Origin: Mobula hypostoma
Lineage: Eukaryota
Assembly: GCF_963921235.1 (NCBI RefSeq)
Contig: NC_086118.1
Coordinates: forward strand, 24,554,001-24,618,000
Direction: 5' to 3'
DNA: 64,000 nt
The position numbers and the translations under genes were made by a program. Each line of letters opens with the position of its first letter. Position 1 is the stretch's first letter. Under the pieces are notes generated by a model. That model was given only the letters and a program-made list of their open reading frames with translations. It was not told the origin of the DNA and ran no database searches. Shown here piece after piece: positions 46,346 through 59,109 of the stretch.

Positions 46346-47529
46346 TTAGCGGAAGTTTGAGAAGTCAATGTTCATGCCATCAGGTTGGAGGCTACCCAGA
46401 CGGAATATAAGGTGTTGTTCCTCCCACCTGAGTGTGGCTTCATCTTGACAGTAGAGGAGGCCGTGGATAGACATATCAGAATGGGAATAGGATGTGGAAT
46501 TAAAATGTGTGGCCACTGGAAGATCCTGCTTTCTCTGGCGGACAGAGCGTAGGTGTTCAGCGAAACGATCTCCCAGTCTGCGTCGGATCTCGCCAATATA
46601 TAGAAGGCCACATCGGGAGCACCGGACGCAGTATATCACCCCAGCCAACTCACAGGTGAAGTGTTGCCTCACCTGGAAGGACTGTCTGTGGCCCTGAATG
46701 GTGGTAAGGGAGGAAGTGTAAGCGCATGTGTAGCACTTGTTCCACTAACAAGGATAAGTGCCAGGAGGGAGAACGGTGGGGAGGGATGGGGGGGACGAAT
46801 GGAAAAGGGAGTCGCGTAGGGAGCGATCCCTGCAGAAAGCGGGGGGGGGGAAGGAAAGATGTGCTTAGTGGTTGGATCCCGTTGGAGGTGGCAGAAGTTA
46901 CGGGGAATAATATGTTGGACCCGGAGGCAGGTGGGGTGGTAGGTGAAGACAAGGAGAACCCTATTCCTAGTGGGGTAGCGGGAGGATGGAGTGAGAGCAA
47001 ATGCGCGTGAAATGGGGGAGATGCATCTGAGAGCAGAGTTGATGGTGGAGGAAGGGAAGCCCATTTCTTTAAAAAAGGAGGACATCTCCTTTGTCCTGGA
47101 ATGAAAAGCCTCATCCTGAGAGCAGATGCGGCGGAGACGGAGGAATTGCGAGAAGGGGATGGCATTTTTGCAAGAGACAGGGTGAGAAGAGGAATAATCC
47201 AGACAGCTGTGAGAGTCAGTAGGCTTATAGTAGACATCAGTAGATAAGCTGTCTCCAGAGATAGAGACAGAAAGATCTAGAAAGGGGTGTCGGAAATGGA
47301 CCAGATAAACTTGAGGGCAGGGTGAAAGTTGGAGGCAAAGTTAATGAAGTCAACAAGCTCAGCATGCGTGCAGGAAGCAGCGCCAATGCAGTCGTCAATG
47401 TAGCGAAGGAAAAGTGGGGGACAGATACCAGAATAGGTTTGGAACATAGATTGTTCCACAAAGCCAACAAAAAGGCAGGCATAGCTAGGACCCATACGGG
47501 TGCCCATGGCTATACCTTTAGTTTGGAGG
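46346..47529 (-). pseudogene. PLE RT/GIY-YIG endonuclease ORF, frameshifted and truncated
   Basis: ORF pieces 47277-47558, 46669-47085 and 46346-46672. Confidence 0.88.
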
Positions 47530-48352
47530 ACAATGTTGGAAAGTGTATGATCATGCACTTTGGTGGAAGAAATAAACAGGCAGACTATTATTTAGATGGG
47601 GAGAGAATTCAAAATGCAGAGATGCAGAGGTATTTGGGAGTCCCTGTTCAGGATACCCTGAAGGTTAACCTCCTTGAGTCGGTGGTGAAGAAGGTGAATG
47701 CAATGTTGGCATTCATTTCTAGAGGTATAGAATATAAGAGCAGAGATATGATGTTGAGGCTCTATAAGGCACTCGTGAGACCACACTTGGAGTATTGCGT
47801 GCAGTTTTAGGCTCCCTATTTTAGAAGGGATATACTGACATTGGAGAGGGTTCAGAGAAGATTCACGAGAATGATTCCACGAATGAAAGGGTTACCATAT
47901 GAAGATCTTCTGGCAGCTCTTGGGCTGTATTGCCTGGAGTTCAGGAGAATGAGGGGGGATCTCATAGAAACATTCTGAATGTTAAAAGGCCTGAACAGAT
48001 TAGATATGGCAAAGTTATTTCCCATGCTAGGGGAGTCTACGACAAGAGGGCATGACTTCAGGATTGAAGGACGTCCATTTAGAACAGAGATGCGGAGAAA
48101 TTACTTTAGTCAGAGGGTGGTAAATCTGTGGAATTTGTTGCCACAAACAGCTGTGGAGGCCAAGTCACTGGGTATATTTAAGGCAGAGATAGATAGGTTC
48201 TTGATTAGCCAAGGCATCAAAGGGTATGGGGAGAAGGCAGAGGACTGGGGATGACTGGAAGAATTGGATCAGCCCATGATTGAATGGCAAAGCAGGCTCG
48301 AAGGGCCAAATGGCCTACTTCTGCTCCTATATCTTATGGTCTTATGGTCTTA
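47530..48352 (+). mobile_element. CR1 LINE 3' fragment (small upstream piece at about 45910-45949)
   Basis: NVGKCMIMHFG..LVRPHLEYCVQF..RVVNLWN; (TCTTATGG)n tail. Confidence 0.9.
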
Positions 48353-49519
48353 AGGTCAAGGACAATAAAGAAAGAAGGTGTTCTATAGTCATACAAAGAA
48401 CCTCAACTGAAAGTCATGCTGTTATGAGATAAATATCTGATATACAGCTTTAACAGAGATTCAATGAACCTCTGTTGAAGTTTGAACTGAAATAGCAACT
48501 GATGGCTGCAAGGTATCATACTGTCTATTTTAGCCAAAAATTAAACTCTCAGTGAAAGCATACTCTTGCAATAGAATCATATTTTGAAGTGACAGACATC
48601 TGCAATACCACCTGACAGACATGCAGTCTGAAGAGAAGAGTGTACATGTAGAAATAACTAGATGTGCTGCAGCATTACTGACCAGTGGAAAGCTGACAGT
48701 TATAGTTGGGTCAGTTACTATACTATACATTTTGTGAAGGTAACCAACATTTAGTGGTATCTCCTCCTTCAAGATCTGGAACAACTTAGAGTTGTTAAAG
48801 GCATGGGTTACTTTTGTCAAAATTATTTATTTAATGGAGCTTCTGAACCTTGCATCTAAAAATAAGATTTCCTGAATTTCACCATTAAAATGTGGGCACT
48901 CCTCTGCGCTCTGCACTGTTAATATTTATCAGAGGGTGATTTCAGCATCTTGCCTCCAGAAACTCATCTGCTCCTTTTGTTTAATACAAATTCAGCCCTA
49001 TGTAGTTTAGCCAGGACAACAAGTCTGGCATCAGATCACGCTCCATGAGTAAAAGTACACGTGCTCTAGCTATCAAGCAATGTAGACCCTGTCAATACAA
49101 CAGTCAATATTGCACATCTGCTGATAGTTTGCACTGGAAAATGAAGTCAAGCTTCCGTTCTTAATGTAATGCTGCAGCTGTTGTCATGATGTAAGGATTT
49201 TGTACTGGCAAACAAGGTGGGGTAGAGAATGAGTTGATAGTTATCGAACAAGTAGAGAGGAATCATGGAAGTTGAAGCCCATTCAAGTTCAAAATAAAGA
49301 TGCCAGGAGATGATGGTCTTTCCTTTAACACTGTAGCACTGGTGAATGAAGATCAATAGATATGTAAAAGTGAGGTCTCCCTAGTGCTGAAACTACACCT
49401 AACTTGCAATGTTTCTAGATGCACCAATGATTCCTCAGACAATAACTCAAACACACAATTGGAATCTTTTTTATATGGGAAATGTAGAAAGTTAGCTTTC
49501 AGTTTCCCCAAAGACGTCA

Positions 49520-49805
49520 TGGGTTAAGGGTGAAAAGTGGAAAGTTTAAGGGGAACGTTAGGGGAAACTTCTTCACTCCGAGGGTCATCAGAGTGTGGAA
49601 TGAGCTGCCAGAACAAGTGGTGAATGTGAGCTCAATTTCAATGTTTTCGAAAAGTTTGGATAGGTACATAGATGTTAGGGATATGGAGGGCTATGGTCCC
49701 TGGTGCAGGTCGATGGGAGTAGGCAGTTTAAATTGTTTTGGCTTGGACTAGATAGGCCGAAGGGCCGGTTCTATGTTATACTTCTCTATGACTCTATGAT
49801 TCTAA
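49520..49805 (+). mobile_element. CR1 3' end with (CTATGA)n-like tail
   Basis: RGNFFTPRVIRVWNELP. Confidence 0.85.
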
Positions 49806-49869
49806 ATAATTAAGAATTATTTTGCCAAAGTGGAAGGAATTTCAAACAGAAAAACATTTGTACAAGTAT

Positions 49870-50380
49870 AGAAAGTAATGATGAGCCAACACAGTCAATA
49901 TTGCATTTAGTTTGGATCTTCTTATTTAAGAAGAGATATATACTTGCACAATTGTTCAGAGAAAAGGTTGTCTTGAGGAAAACTGAGAAAGTTGGGTATA
50001 TACTTATTAAAATTCAGAAGAATATGAAGTGATGTTGAGTGAAATGTATCTTCCTGAAAGAATTGATATGATGGATGGTAAGAGGACATTTCACCTAGTT
50101 ATGGTATCTAGGACAAGGGTAGTCCAGTTTCAGGATAAAGGGTTTCCCATTATACATGGAAATACAGAGGAATATCTTCTTTCAGGGTGTGTGATTTATT
50201 GGAATTCTCTGTCTAAGCGAGCTATGAATCATTAAATATATTCAGGGCTGAGAAAAAACATTGGGAACAGATAGGAGGTTGAAACTAAAGTCATGGTCAG
50301 ACTGGTTCTGACCCTGCTGAGGAGTGGAACAGGCTCAAAAGGGCTTCGAGGCCTACTCCAGCTCCCACTTCCTATGATCT
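49870..50380 (+). mobile_element. Decayed CR1 3' end
   Basis: SRTR..VIYWNSL remnants, ggcctactccagctccc tail. Confidence 0.6.
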
Positions 50381-50819
50381 CTCCCACACTGCAGATGTAA
50401 CTCCAGTTGCCATTTGCTTTTCTTAACCCTTCACATTAGCATGCATATGCGCAAACACACAGAGGTATAGAGCGAGGTAACCTCAAGCGCCAAAATTATT
50501 TCAGATATATTTTCCATTTATTCTGTTCAAGCTAAAAATGACAAGGAAGAGGCAACAGATCCAGTGGAGAGAAAGTGGATCTTCCTGTGCTTGGAACCTG
50601 ATGAATTGGAAGAGATGATCTTCCTCCTGATGGGCATAGGATCTATTCTAGAACGGTCCACAGGTATGACAGAAGAACCCCTGAACCTCCAGGACAAGAC
50701 TTTCAGTTTGATTGTGAAACAGAATGCAAGAGTCTTCTGGTCCTTTAGTAAGTGGAACTCCTTTATTCAAAAATAGACACAGAGGAAAGGAATCTGTCAG
50801 AGAAGAAGTGCTGGAAGCT

Positions 50820-52010
50820 ATTATTTAAGACACTAAAACAGGACAAAAATTCAAAGTAATCAGGCAAAATCAACGTGATTTTGTGGAAGTATAATCACAT
50901 TTGACCAATTTACTTGAGCTTGTTGAAGGCACAAAATGTGCTGTGGCTACAGATGAATTGGTGGATGTACTAATATTTCCAGAAGATATTTGATTAGATG
51001 CACCAAAGTTATTATGGAAAACAAAAGCTCATGTGTGGGAGGTGGCGTGCTGGCACGGATAAAAGGTTGGCTGGCTAACTGCTGTTGCTGCAAAAAGCTA
51101 AGTTAATAACCTACATATGCATGCCTTTGAGAACAAACTTGAACTTAACTGGAAACAGCATAGGCTTAAATGGGTCTCTTATTTTGGCTGTCAAAAAGTA
51201 GCGACCAGTGTGTCTCAGGGATCAGTGGTAGGGCTTGGATGAAGGCATCAGAGATATTGTTGCTAATTTTGCTGATTATACAAATGGTAGGTCGGAAAGT
51301 AAATTGTAAAGAGGACTCAAGGCAACAGCAAGATCCAAGATTTAAGATTGCTTAATGCCATTTCCAGTACACAAGTGTAAAGAAGAACAAAATAATTGTT
51401 CCTCTGGGTCTGACACAGCCCTGAAAAGTAAAATAAGCTAAGAACACAGTAATAATAAAAAACACAATAAATATAAATACGTAAGATAGCTTATATATAT
51501 ATATATTTTGGTTGTATGTCCATAAAGTGATCCCAGGCACAAGAGTGTCTGTACATAATGTGACTGACAAGAGGTGATAAAGCAGTGGTGTTTGAGGGTG
51601 TGGAGAGGTGGGTTAGTGGGTTGAGGTGTTAATCAGCTTTACTGCTCAGGAAAAGTAACTGTTTTATGCCTGGTAGCCCTGGCGTGGATGCTCTGTAGTC
51701 TCCTCCCTGATGGGAGTGACAAAAAACTGTCCATCAGCAGCATGGGTAGGACGCTTCATGGTGTTACTGGCCCATTTCTGGCACCTCTGTGTATACATGT
51801 AGGGTAGGGTAGGGTAGTGTCACTGATGTGTTGGGCACCAATGAAAAGATATAGAGAAGAAAAGATCTCAAAAAAAATCAAGGATAATTTAGGAAAGTGT
51901 GATTTTTTTTTCTCTCTTTGGCAAAGAAAATAAAGAGAAACGCATAAACTAAACGGTGAGAAATTCCTGAGCTTCGAGATCCAGAAGGAACTGGGTGTGT
52001 TCTGGTACAC
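50820..52010 (+). mobile_element. Decayed CR1 RT, interrupted by a minus-strand Rex-type tail (about 51325-51835)
   Basis: NQRDF..LTNLLEL, NFADYT remnants; insert homologous to 56015-56420. Confidence 0.55.
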
Positions 52011-52014
52011 GATT

Positions 52015-52930
52015 CACCAGACTTGTACGCAGAAGAAGCAATTCTTTAGCAGGAATGTTGCTTTTCTTCTGTCCGCCTGTTAAGTCCTTCCCAAGACAGG
52101 GCTCAGAATGGAGTGTCTGTTGTAGGAGCTGGGCATAAGAACAATGTGGCCTCCCCAACAATACCGACCAAGTATTTCAAGTACTTGAATGCTGAGGTAA
52201 TTTTGAATTTGGCGGATGTTCTGGACAAAGCAACAATAGTACTTTTCCAGTGACTTGAAGTTCCTGCTGGAATTAGTCAAGGTCTCAGAAGCATAAAGGA
52301 GGGTTGGGTTCACTGGTGTAGACCCTGAGTATTGTGCCTAGTTTAAGGCTTTAATCCTGAAATACCCTTTTCCTCAAATGACCAAGGGATATGCTGATTC
52401 ATGAAAAGGAGAGCCGATGTCTGTCTTTGGTAAGAAGTGGTTCACAAGGGTTAGACAGTGTCTATTTGTCCAGGGTCTCGCAACAAACCTTTATTGATGG
52501 AGGGTGGTGTAGTGCAGATGGACAGGTTGGCGAAGGACCTTTGTTGTGTGGATAATGAGTGCAAGAGTGATGCTCTCATGTCATTCAGTGAAACATGTCA
52601 ACAGTTGTTTGTAGTTCAGCCTCTGAGGGCTGAACAAACGTGTTTCTAGTTGTAGTCACCATAGGTTGAATAGTTTCATATCAGTTCAGAAGATTAGTCC
52701 ACTCCCATGGGAAGTTCCTTAGATTAGAGGTGAAGGATTGTGACATGCATGTGCATTCTACGTGGCACATGAGTGATGCACACCAGTGGGTTTTGTGGCT
52801 AGAGGAGCAAGTTCTCCTGTCACATCTGATCAGCTTCGGCCAGAGGAAAAATGCTAACACAACCTTTGCTGAAACCTATGCTTTTGTTTTGGAAAAGGTG
52901 TTGAGTTTAATAATGAAGGTGTCTTATTAA
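52015..52930 (-). mobile_element. Decayed RTE-clade LINE fragment
   Basis: NPTLLYASETLT..LEKYY.CF..I.QI resembles the RTE LLYGSETW motif. Confidence 0.65.
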
Positions 52931-53244
52931 ATAAAAAAGATTACATCTAGAATATACTGAACAGATCTGGTCCGCTACTAAAGAAAGGATATATTGAGAG
53001 AGAGAGAGAGAGTGGAATAAAACTTAGGGATAATTCCTGGGAATTGGAGGGAGTAAGATGATCCTATGGGAACTGTCCAACTCTTTAGAGTGCAGAGGAA
53101 TGAGAATGGGCCTTGCAGGGCTAGGCATGGTGAACAACAATGATTTTTCTTTTCCCTTGTCTGGAGCTCTCGAATCAGGAGTCTCATAATAATGAATTGA
53201 GCATTCAGTTCAGAGATGAGAAGAAATTTCAAGTCAAGTTCCAA

Positions 53245-54220
53245 GAATTAAAGCAGAGCAGTGTAAGGGAACTATGAGATTGGTAGCAGTGGATGGGAGG
53301 TCGCCAGAGCTGTTGAAGTTGTTGATGGTGTGGGAGACAATGGTCCTGAACGGAGTCCTTATCAAGGTATTGGAGGAGGTATTTGAGAGTTGCTGCCTGG
53401 TCTCAGCAAGGTAGAGGTCCATCTGTCAGAATACAACAGCACCCCCTTTGTCTGTGGGTTTGATGGTGAAGTTGGGTTTGGCATGGAGAGCATGAAGGAC
53501 AGTGCATACAGACAGGGTAAGGTTCAAAGAAGAGAGAGGAGTGCTGAAGTCAAACCGGTTGATATCTTGTCGGCAACCAGAAATGAAAAGGTCCAGTACA
53601 GGCAGAAAACCAGTGCAGGGGTTCCAAGAAGAGGAGACGTGTTGGAGACAGGAGAAAGGGTCATTGGTGCAGGGAGCGGAATTCTTGCCAAAAGAGTGGG
53701 CTCTGAGACAGAGGCGACAGAAGAAGAGCTCGGCCTTATCATGGGCACAAAGCTCACTGAGTTGTGGGTGAAGGTTAAGGACCATGCTGAGGACAGAATA
53801 TTCTGCCTCAGAAGGGGGAAGGTTGTACAGAATGGTGAAGACACCGTAGGGATCAGAGGAGGGAAGAAAGTTGGTGGCTTCAGAGTAGAGGGGTGGGTTG
53901 GGCTGTTCAGAGGAAGATGGAGGCTTTGAGGACCAAAGGGTGACAGGGGAGCCTGAGAGACCTGGAGTTGGGTAGTGGTGGTGTGGGGAAGAGGAGCCCA
54001 AGGGCCAAATGGCAGTGAGAAAGGTCTCGGCAACCAAGGTCGGGGCTGAAGCTTGAGCTGGAGGCCACAATTCATGGTTTCAAGGCATCTGGGATCATTG
54101 AAACCAGAGGTGGTGATGGCGGGACCCATGGTCTGGAGCTGTCCAGAGTTGGTGACATTGGCATCTGTGGTCTGAAGGCATCCTAGCCTTAGGAACTTTG
54201 CTTCGCCACCATCTTGTTGC
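53245..54220 (-). mobile_element. PLE N-terminal coding fragment
   Basis: SEAEYSVLSMVLN..AELFFCRLCLRAHSF..NFTIKPTDKGGAVV (PLE DKG motif)..LYLAETRQQLS. Confidence 0.85.
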
Positions 54221-55714
54221 ACAATTTCAAGTCAACTTTGCTGTGATTTTCCGCAAATAGGCAGACAGATTCCGTTCCCAGTTCCACATAAAAAAATATT
54301 GCAACAGCATAGTTGCTCATATGCTATAATTCTTAAAGCAGAATTAATCACTATTACATAAGATACATCTGTATAGTATCAGCATTCAAACAATATCATA
54401 ATTCCCACTAAGCCATGAGAAAAGTTTGAAAGAATTCTAATGATTTCCAATTTCAAGTAAGTATGATTGACACAGATCCACAGAAGTCCAGGGTTACCTT
54501 GCTAATGAACAGTTGAATTCCAGCCAATCTTATCTGGACCCCCAGCCAGTCATAGAAAGATACAGGCTGATATTTCCTTTTGTTTTTAAATCATGTCATG
54601 AGCTTAAGATGACCTGCAGTTTCAGGAAATCCTCTATTCACATTAGCTGTTCATATTATGGAAGTACTGACATGCTAGAATCACAAAGGAATACCAAGTA
54701 AACCATATATAGTATTATTTACATTAACAGCTCTGACTTTCAACATCCTTAAATAGAAAAATAATATGCTATAAATATAGAACAAGTAATTTCCAAACAA
54801 GGGATAAGGTGGAACAATGTTTCATATCATTGCCTTTTCACTTCCAAAAAGAATTGGACACAGACTAATGAGATGGAATCTGCCTGCCCTGGATCTAGTT
54901 TAAAAACACTGTGGGCCATTGTATAAAAAATTATTTTGAAAACAAGACAACACATTAAGCTCTCTGTGGTTCTGAATTAATTGCCAGTCTCACTCAAAGG
55001 GCAGAAAGACGGGGGTATCATGGAGAAAGTGATTCTTTTGTGAGGCTGAGGTATATTTGTATAGCGAGATTGTTCTTGTTCGTCCAAGGGCACCCAAAGG
55101 AGACACTATATTCAAATGAGGAAAAATATTCCCCTCCTAATAATAAAACAAATTGTATTTTTGTTGTTCTCGTTTTAGTGTTTAAGTGCATTGTTAGGAC
55201 GACCAGTAAAATCTGTTACTATAATAGTTCTTTCTTAAATGGGCCTACTGCCAATTGTTGAGAGACACAGCTGACTAAATATAACAGAAACTGATCATTA
55301 AGGGAGTGTTCAGTCCACTGCAGTTTGTTTGAAGTTCTGTTGGAAGAAGCATCTGGTCTTCAATTAATAATTGTCCGAAAGCAAAATGGCTGTGGTTTGA
55401 GAAAACAAATGATCCTGTGAGAAATGCCTTAAATAAAATGTGTTCAAGAATAAACAGAATCTTGAGTAGATCTTGAGTAGGTTTTGCACAAGAACTGGCT
55501 ATAAACCAACATGAGGTTAACCGTTTAAACTTGACTTTATTTCCTTATGGCAAAGGGACATCATTTGGTTGTTTTAAAATCTATTTGTGAGTTACTGTGC
55601 TTGCTATAGAAGTTATCAAAATTTCCTTCCTCTAATAGGCTGCAGTGCTAAGGCGAGAGTTAATTAAAGTTCTAAATGTCTGGTCATCTTGCATGAGAAG
55701 CGACCAGGCAAAAT

Positions 55715-56012
55715 GAACAGCTATGGGCAATGACCTAAACTCCCTGGTAGTGGGATAATGTGATCACAGCATTCCTAAAGGGGAGGTGCGCTGCCAGAAG
55801 TCATGGTACAGCTTGGCACCAATGACAGAGGTAGGAAAAGGAATGAGGTCATGAAGGAAGAATATCGGGAGGTAGGTAGGATGTTAAAAATAGGGCCTCA
55901 AGGGTGGTAGTCTCTGAACTGCTGCCTGTGCCATGCACCATGAGAGAGGAAGAGGATGACATGGCCGAGGAGTTTGTGGCTGAAGAAATAGTGCAGGCAG
56001 CAGAGTTTCAGA
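55715..56012 (+). mobile_element. CR1 ORF1 (esterase) fragment
   Basis: gtacagcttggcaccaatgac (GTND), homologous to 60020-60270. Confidence 0.65.
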
Positions 56013-56014
56013 TT

Positions 56015-59000
56015 TCATGATTAAAGATGTCATTTCCAGAACACATGGTGTAAAGGACAACAAAATAATTGTTACTCCAGATCCAATGCAGCACAATTAA
56101 TAAACCAAACACAATAAAGGACACAATAATAAAAAAAAACATCCCGAGTATAAATACATAAAATAGCTTTAATACGTAGATTGATTATATGACCATAAAG
56201 AGACTCTGGGCACAAGAGTGTCTATACACAAGGTGACTAACAGGAAGTTATGAAGTAGTAGTTATGGGGCTGTAGGGGGGGTGGGTTAGTGGGTGGAGGT
56301 ATTGATCAGACTTACTGCTTGGGGAAACTGTTTTGAGATTGGTGGCCCAGGTGTGGATGCTACTCTCCCTGATGGGAGTAGACAAACTGACCATAAGCAG
56401 GGTGGGTGGGATCCTTCATGATTAAAGATACACAAAATATAAAAACAGATAGCAAAAGTTTTTATAAATAGATAAAGCAGAAGAGGGTGGCTAAAGTCAA
56501 CGTAGGTCCCTTGGAAGACGGGAAGGGGAGATTGATATTGGGTGATAAGGAAACAGCTGAGGCATTGAATGACTATTTTGTGTCGGTCTTCACGGTGGAG
56601 GACACGTCTCATATGCCAAAGAATGATGTTATGGACGAAATGGGAGTTGAGGACCTCAATAAAATCACTGTCACGAAAGGGATAGTAATGAGCAAACTAG
56701 AGGCCCTGAAGGTAGATAAGTCCCTTGGTCCTGATGGGAGGCATCCCAGGGTGCTGAGGGAATTGGCGGAGGTTTTAGTAGACGCGTTGGTAATCATTTA
56801 TCAAAACTCTCTAGACGCTGGGCAGGTCCCAACAGATTGGAAGACAGCAAATGTTACGCCACTTTTTAAAGAAGTATGTAGGCAAAAGAAGGGAACTATA
56901 GGCCAGTTAACTTAACATCTGTAGTTGGGAAAATGCTTGAAGCTCTCATTAAGGAAGAAATAGCGAAACATTTAGAAAGGAGTGGTTCCATTAGACAGAC
57001 GCAGCATGGATTCAGAAAGGGCAGGTCCTGTTTGGCAAACTTACTAGAGTTCTTTGAGGACCTAATGAGTGCAGTGGATAGAGGAGAACAGGTGGATGTC
57101 GTATATTTGGATTTCCAGAAGGCGTTGGATAAGGTGCCGCCAAGAGACTTATAAATATGATACAGATGCATGGAGTTGGAGGAACTGTATTGGCATGGAT
57201 AGTGGATTGGTTAACCGATAGAAGGCAGAGAGTTGGTATAAATGGGTGTTTCTCTGGTTGGCAGTCAGTGGTGAGTGGGGTGCCGCAGGGGTTGGTGCTG
57301 GGCCCACAGCTGTTTACCATTTACATTCATGATTTGGAAGAGGGGACTGAGTGTAGCGAAGCAAAATTTGCTGATGACACCAAACTGAGTGGAAAAGCAA
57401 ATTGTACAGAGGATGTGGAGAGTCTGCAGGGAGATATATATAGGTTAAGTGAGTGGGCCAAGATCTGGCAGATGGAATACAATGTTGGTAGATGTGAGAT
57501 CATCCACTTTGAAAGGAATAATAGAAGAGCAGATTATTATTTAAATGGTGAAAGATTGCAGCATGCCGTTGTGCAGAGGGACTTGGGGGTGCTTGTTCAT
57601 GAATCACAAAAGGTTGGCTTGCAGGTACAACAGGTTATTAAGAAGGCAAAGGGAATGTTGGCTTTCATTGCTAGAGGGATTGAATTCAAGAGCAGGGAGG
57701 TCATGCTGCAACTATACAGGGTACTGGTGAGGCCGCACCTGGAGTACTGTGTGCAGTTCTGGTCTCCATACTTGAGGAAGGATATACTAGCTTTGGAGGC
57801 AGTGCAGAGGAGGTTCACCAAGTTGATTCCAGGGATGAAGGGGTTAACTTATGAGGAGAGATTGAGTTGCCTGGGACTATACTCTCCGGAGTTCAGAAGA
57901 ATGAGAGGGGATCTCATAGAAAAATACAACATTTTGAAAGGGATAGATAAGATACAAGTAGGGAAGTTGTTTCCATTGGTAGGTGAGACTAGAACTAGTT
58001 GACATTGCCTCAAGATTCAGGGGAGAAGATTTAGGATGGAGATGAGGAGAAACTGTTTTTCCCAGAGAGTGGTGAATCTGGAATTCTCTGCCCAGGGAAG
58101 CAGTTGAGGCTTCTTCACTAAATATATGTAAGATACAGTTAGATAGATTTTTTACATAGTAGGGGAATTAAGGGTTATGGGGAAAAGGCAGGTAGATGGA
58201 GCTGAGTTTATGGACAGATCAGCCATGATCTTATTGAATGGTGGAGCAGGCTGGATGGGCCGTATGGCCTACTCCTGTTCCTATTTCTTATGGTCTTATG
58301 ATGTTTGTACTGGTGCTTTTCTGGCACCTTTCTGCATATTTTTCCTTGTTGGCAGGTAATCTTGTGCCAGTCATGCATTGGGCAGTTTTGACTACCCATT
58401 GTAGAGCTTTCCTGTCCACCACAGTACAGCTTCCCTACCATTCAGTTATGCAGCATGCTAGGATGCTCTCTACTGCACATCTGTAAAACGATGAGAGTAT
58501 AGACCAGTTCTCTTCAACCCCCTCAGAAAGTTGAGGCATTGGTGAGCTTTCCTGATTGGGTAGAATGTGTTATGGGACCTTGACAGGTTGTGCAAAGGTG
58601 TGAACTTCCAGGAGTTTCTGGCAATTTCCACAGCTGTGCCACCAATGGAAAGAGTGATATGAGTCCTTCTGAAGTCGATAACTTTCTCCTTTGCCTTGTT
58701 GACATAGAGGAAGAGAATATTTGCCTGGCACTGATACCTGAGCTCTTCCACCTCCTCTCTGTAAGCCGTCTCATCGTTGTTGATGATGAGCTCCAGCACT
58801 GTCGTGTCATAGGCAGACTTGACAATGTGATTACTCGGGTGTCTGGTCATGCAGTTACGTGTGAGCAAAATGTACAGCAATGGGTACAGCACACAGCCCT
58901 GTGGGGTGACTGTGTTGAGGATGATGGGGAGGAAGAAGAGGCTGTGCATCCTGACTAACTGAGACCTGTTGTTTAGGATGTCCTACACCCAGTCGCACAG

Positions 59001-59105
59001 TGGTGCACTTAGACTGAGGAGTAGGAGTTTGTTCACCAAGGTCTGTGGGACAACTGCATTGAATGCTGAACTGAAATCCAGAAACAGCATTCTGACATAC
59101 ATGTC
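56015..59105 (-). mobile_element. Rex/Babar-type LINE split by a CR1 insertion
   Basis: [41 protein letters not shown] in 58300-59105; tail at 56015-56420. Confidence 0.8.
56423..58300 (+). mobile_element. CR1 LINE 3' 1.9 kb, relatively young
   Basis: GPDGRHPRVL, QHGFRKGRSCLANLLEFF, VYLDFQKA, and a 281-aa ORF 57157-58002 with SGVPQG..KFADDTKL; tail tcttatggtcttatg. Confidence 0.93.
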
Positions 59106-59109
59106 GATC

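Larger units (their letters stand above)
45950..47529 (-). mobile_element. 5'-truncated Penelope-like retroelement (RT + GIY-YIG + hammerhead-bearing 3' repeat)
   Basis: RT motifs QTKGIAMGTRMGPSYA and LRYIDD; GIY-YIG VIYCVRCSRCGLLYIGE..RFAEH; inserted into CR1 sequence at acaat, which is present on both sides. Confidence 0.93.

Noticed and set aside
48530..48820. 96-aa ORF / possible exon
   Set aside because: No recognisable domain; the candidate acceptor leads to a short unrecognised frame.
50530..50776. Coding-looking ORF (ERKWIFLCLEPDELEEM..)
   Set aside because: Cannot be assigned to a protein family and lies between decayed CR1 pieces; needs a homology search.
53390..53929. 179-aa plus-strand ORF
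   Set aside because: It is the antisense shadow of the PLE coding fragment on the minus strand.
57157..58002. 281-aa ORF as a functional host gene
   Set aside because: It is a piece of a 5'-truncated, frameshifted CR1 ORF2 ending at a premature stop.
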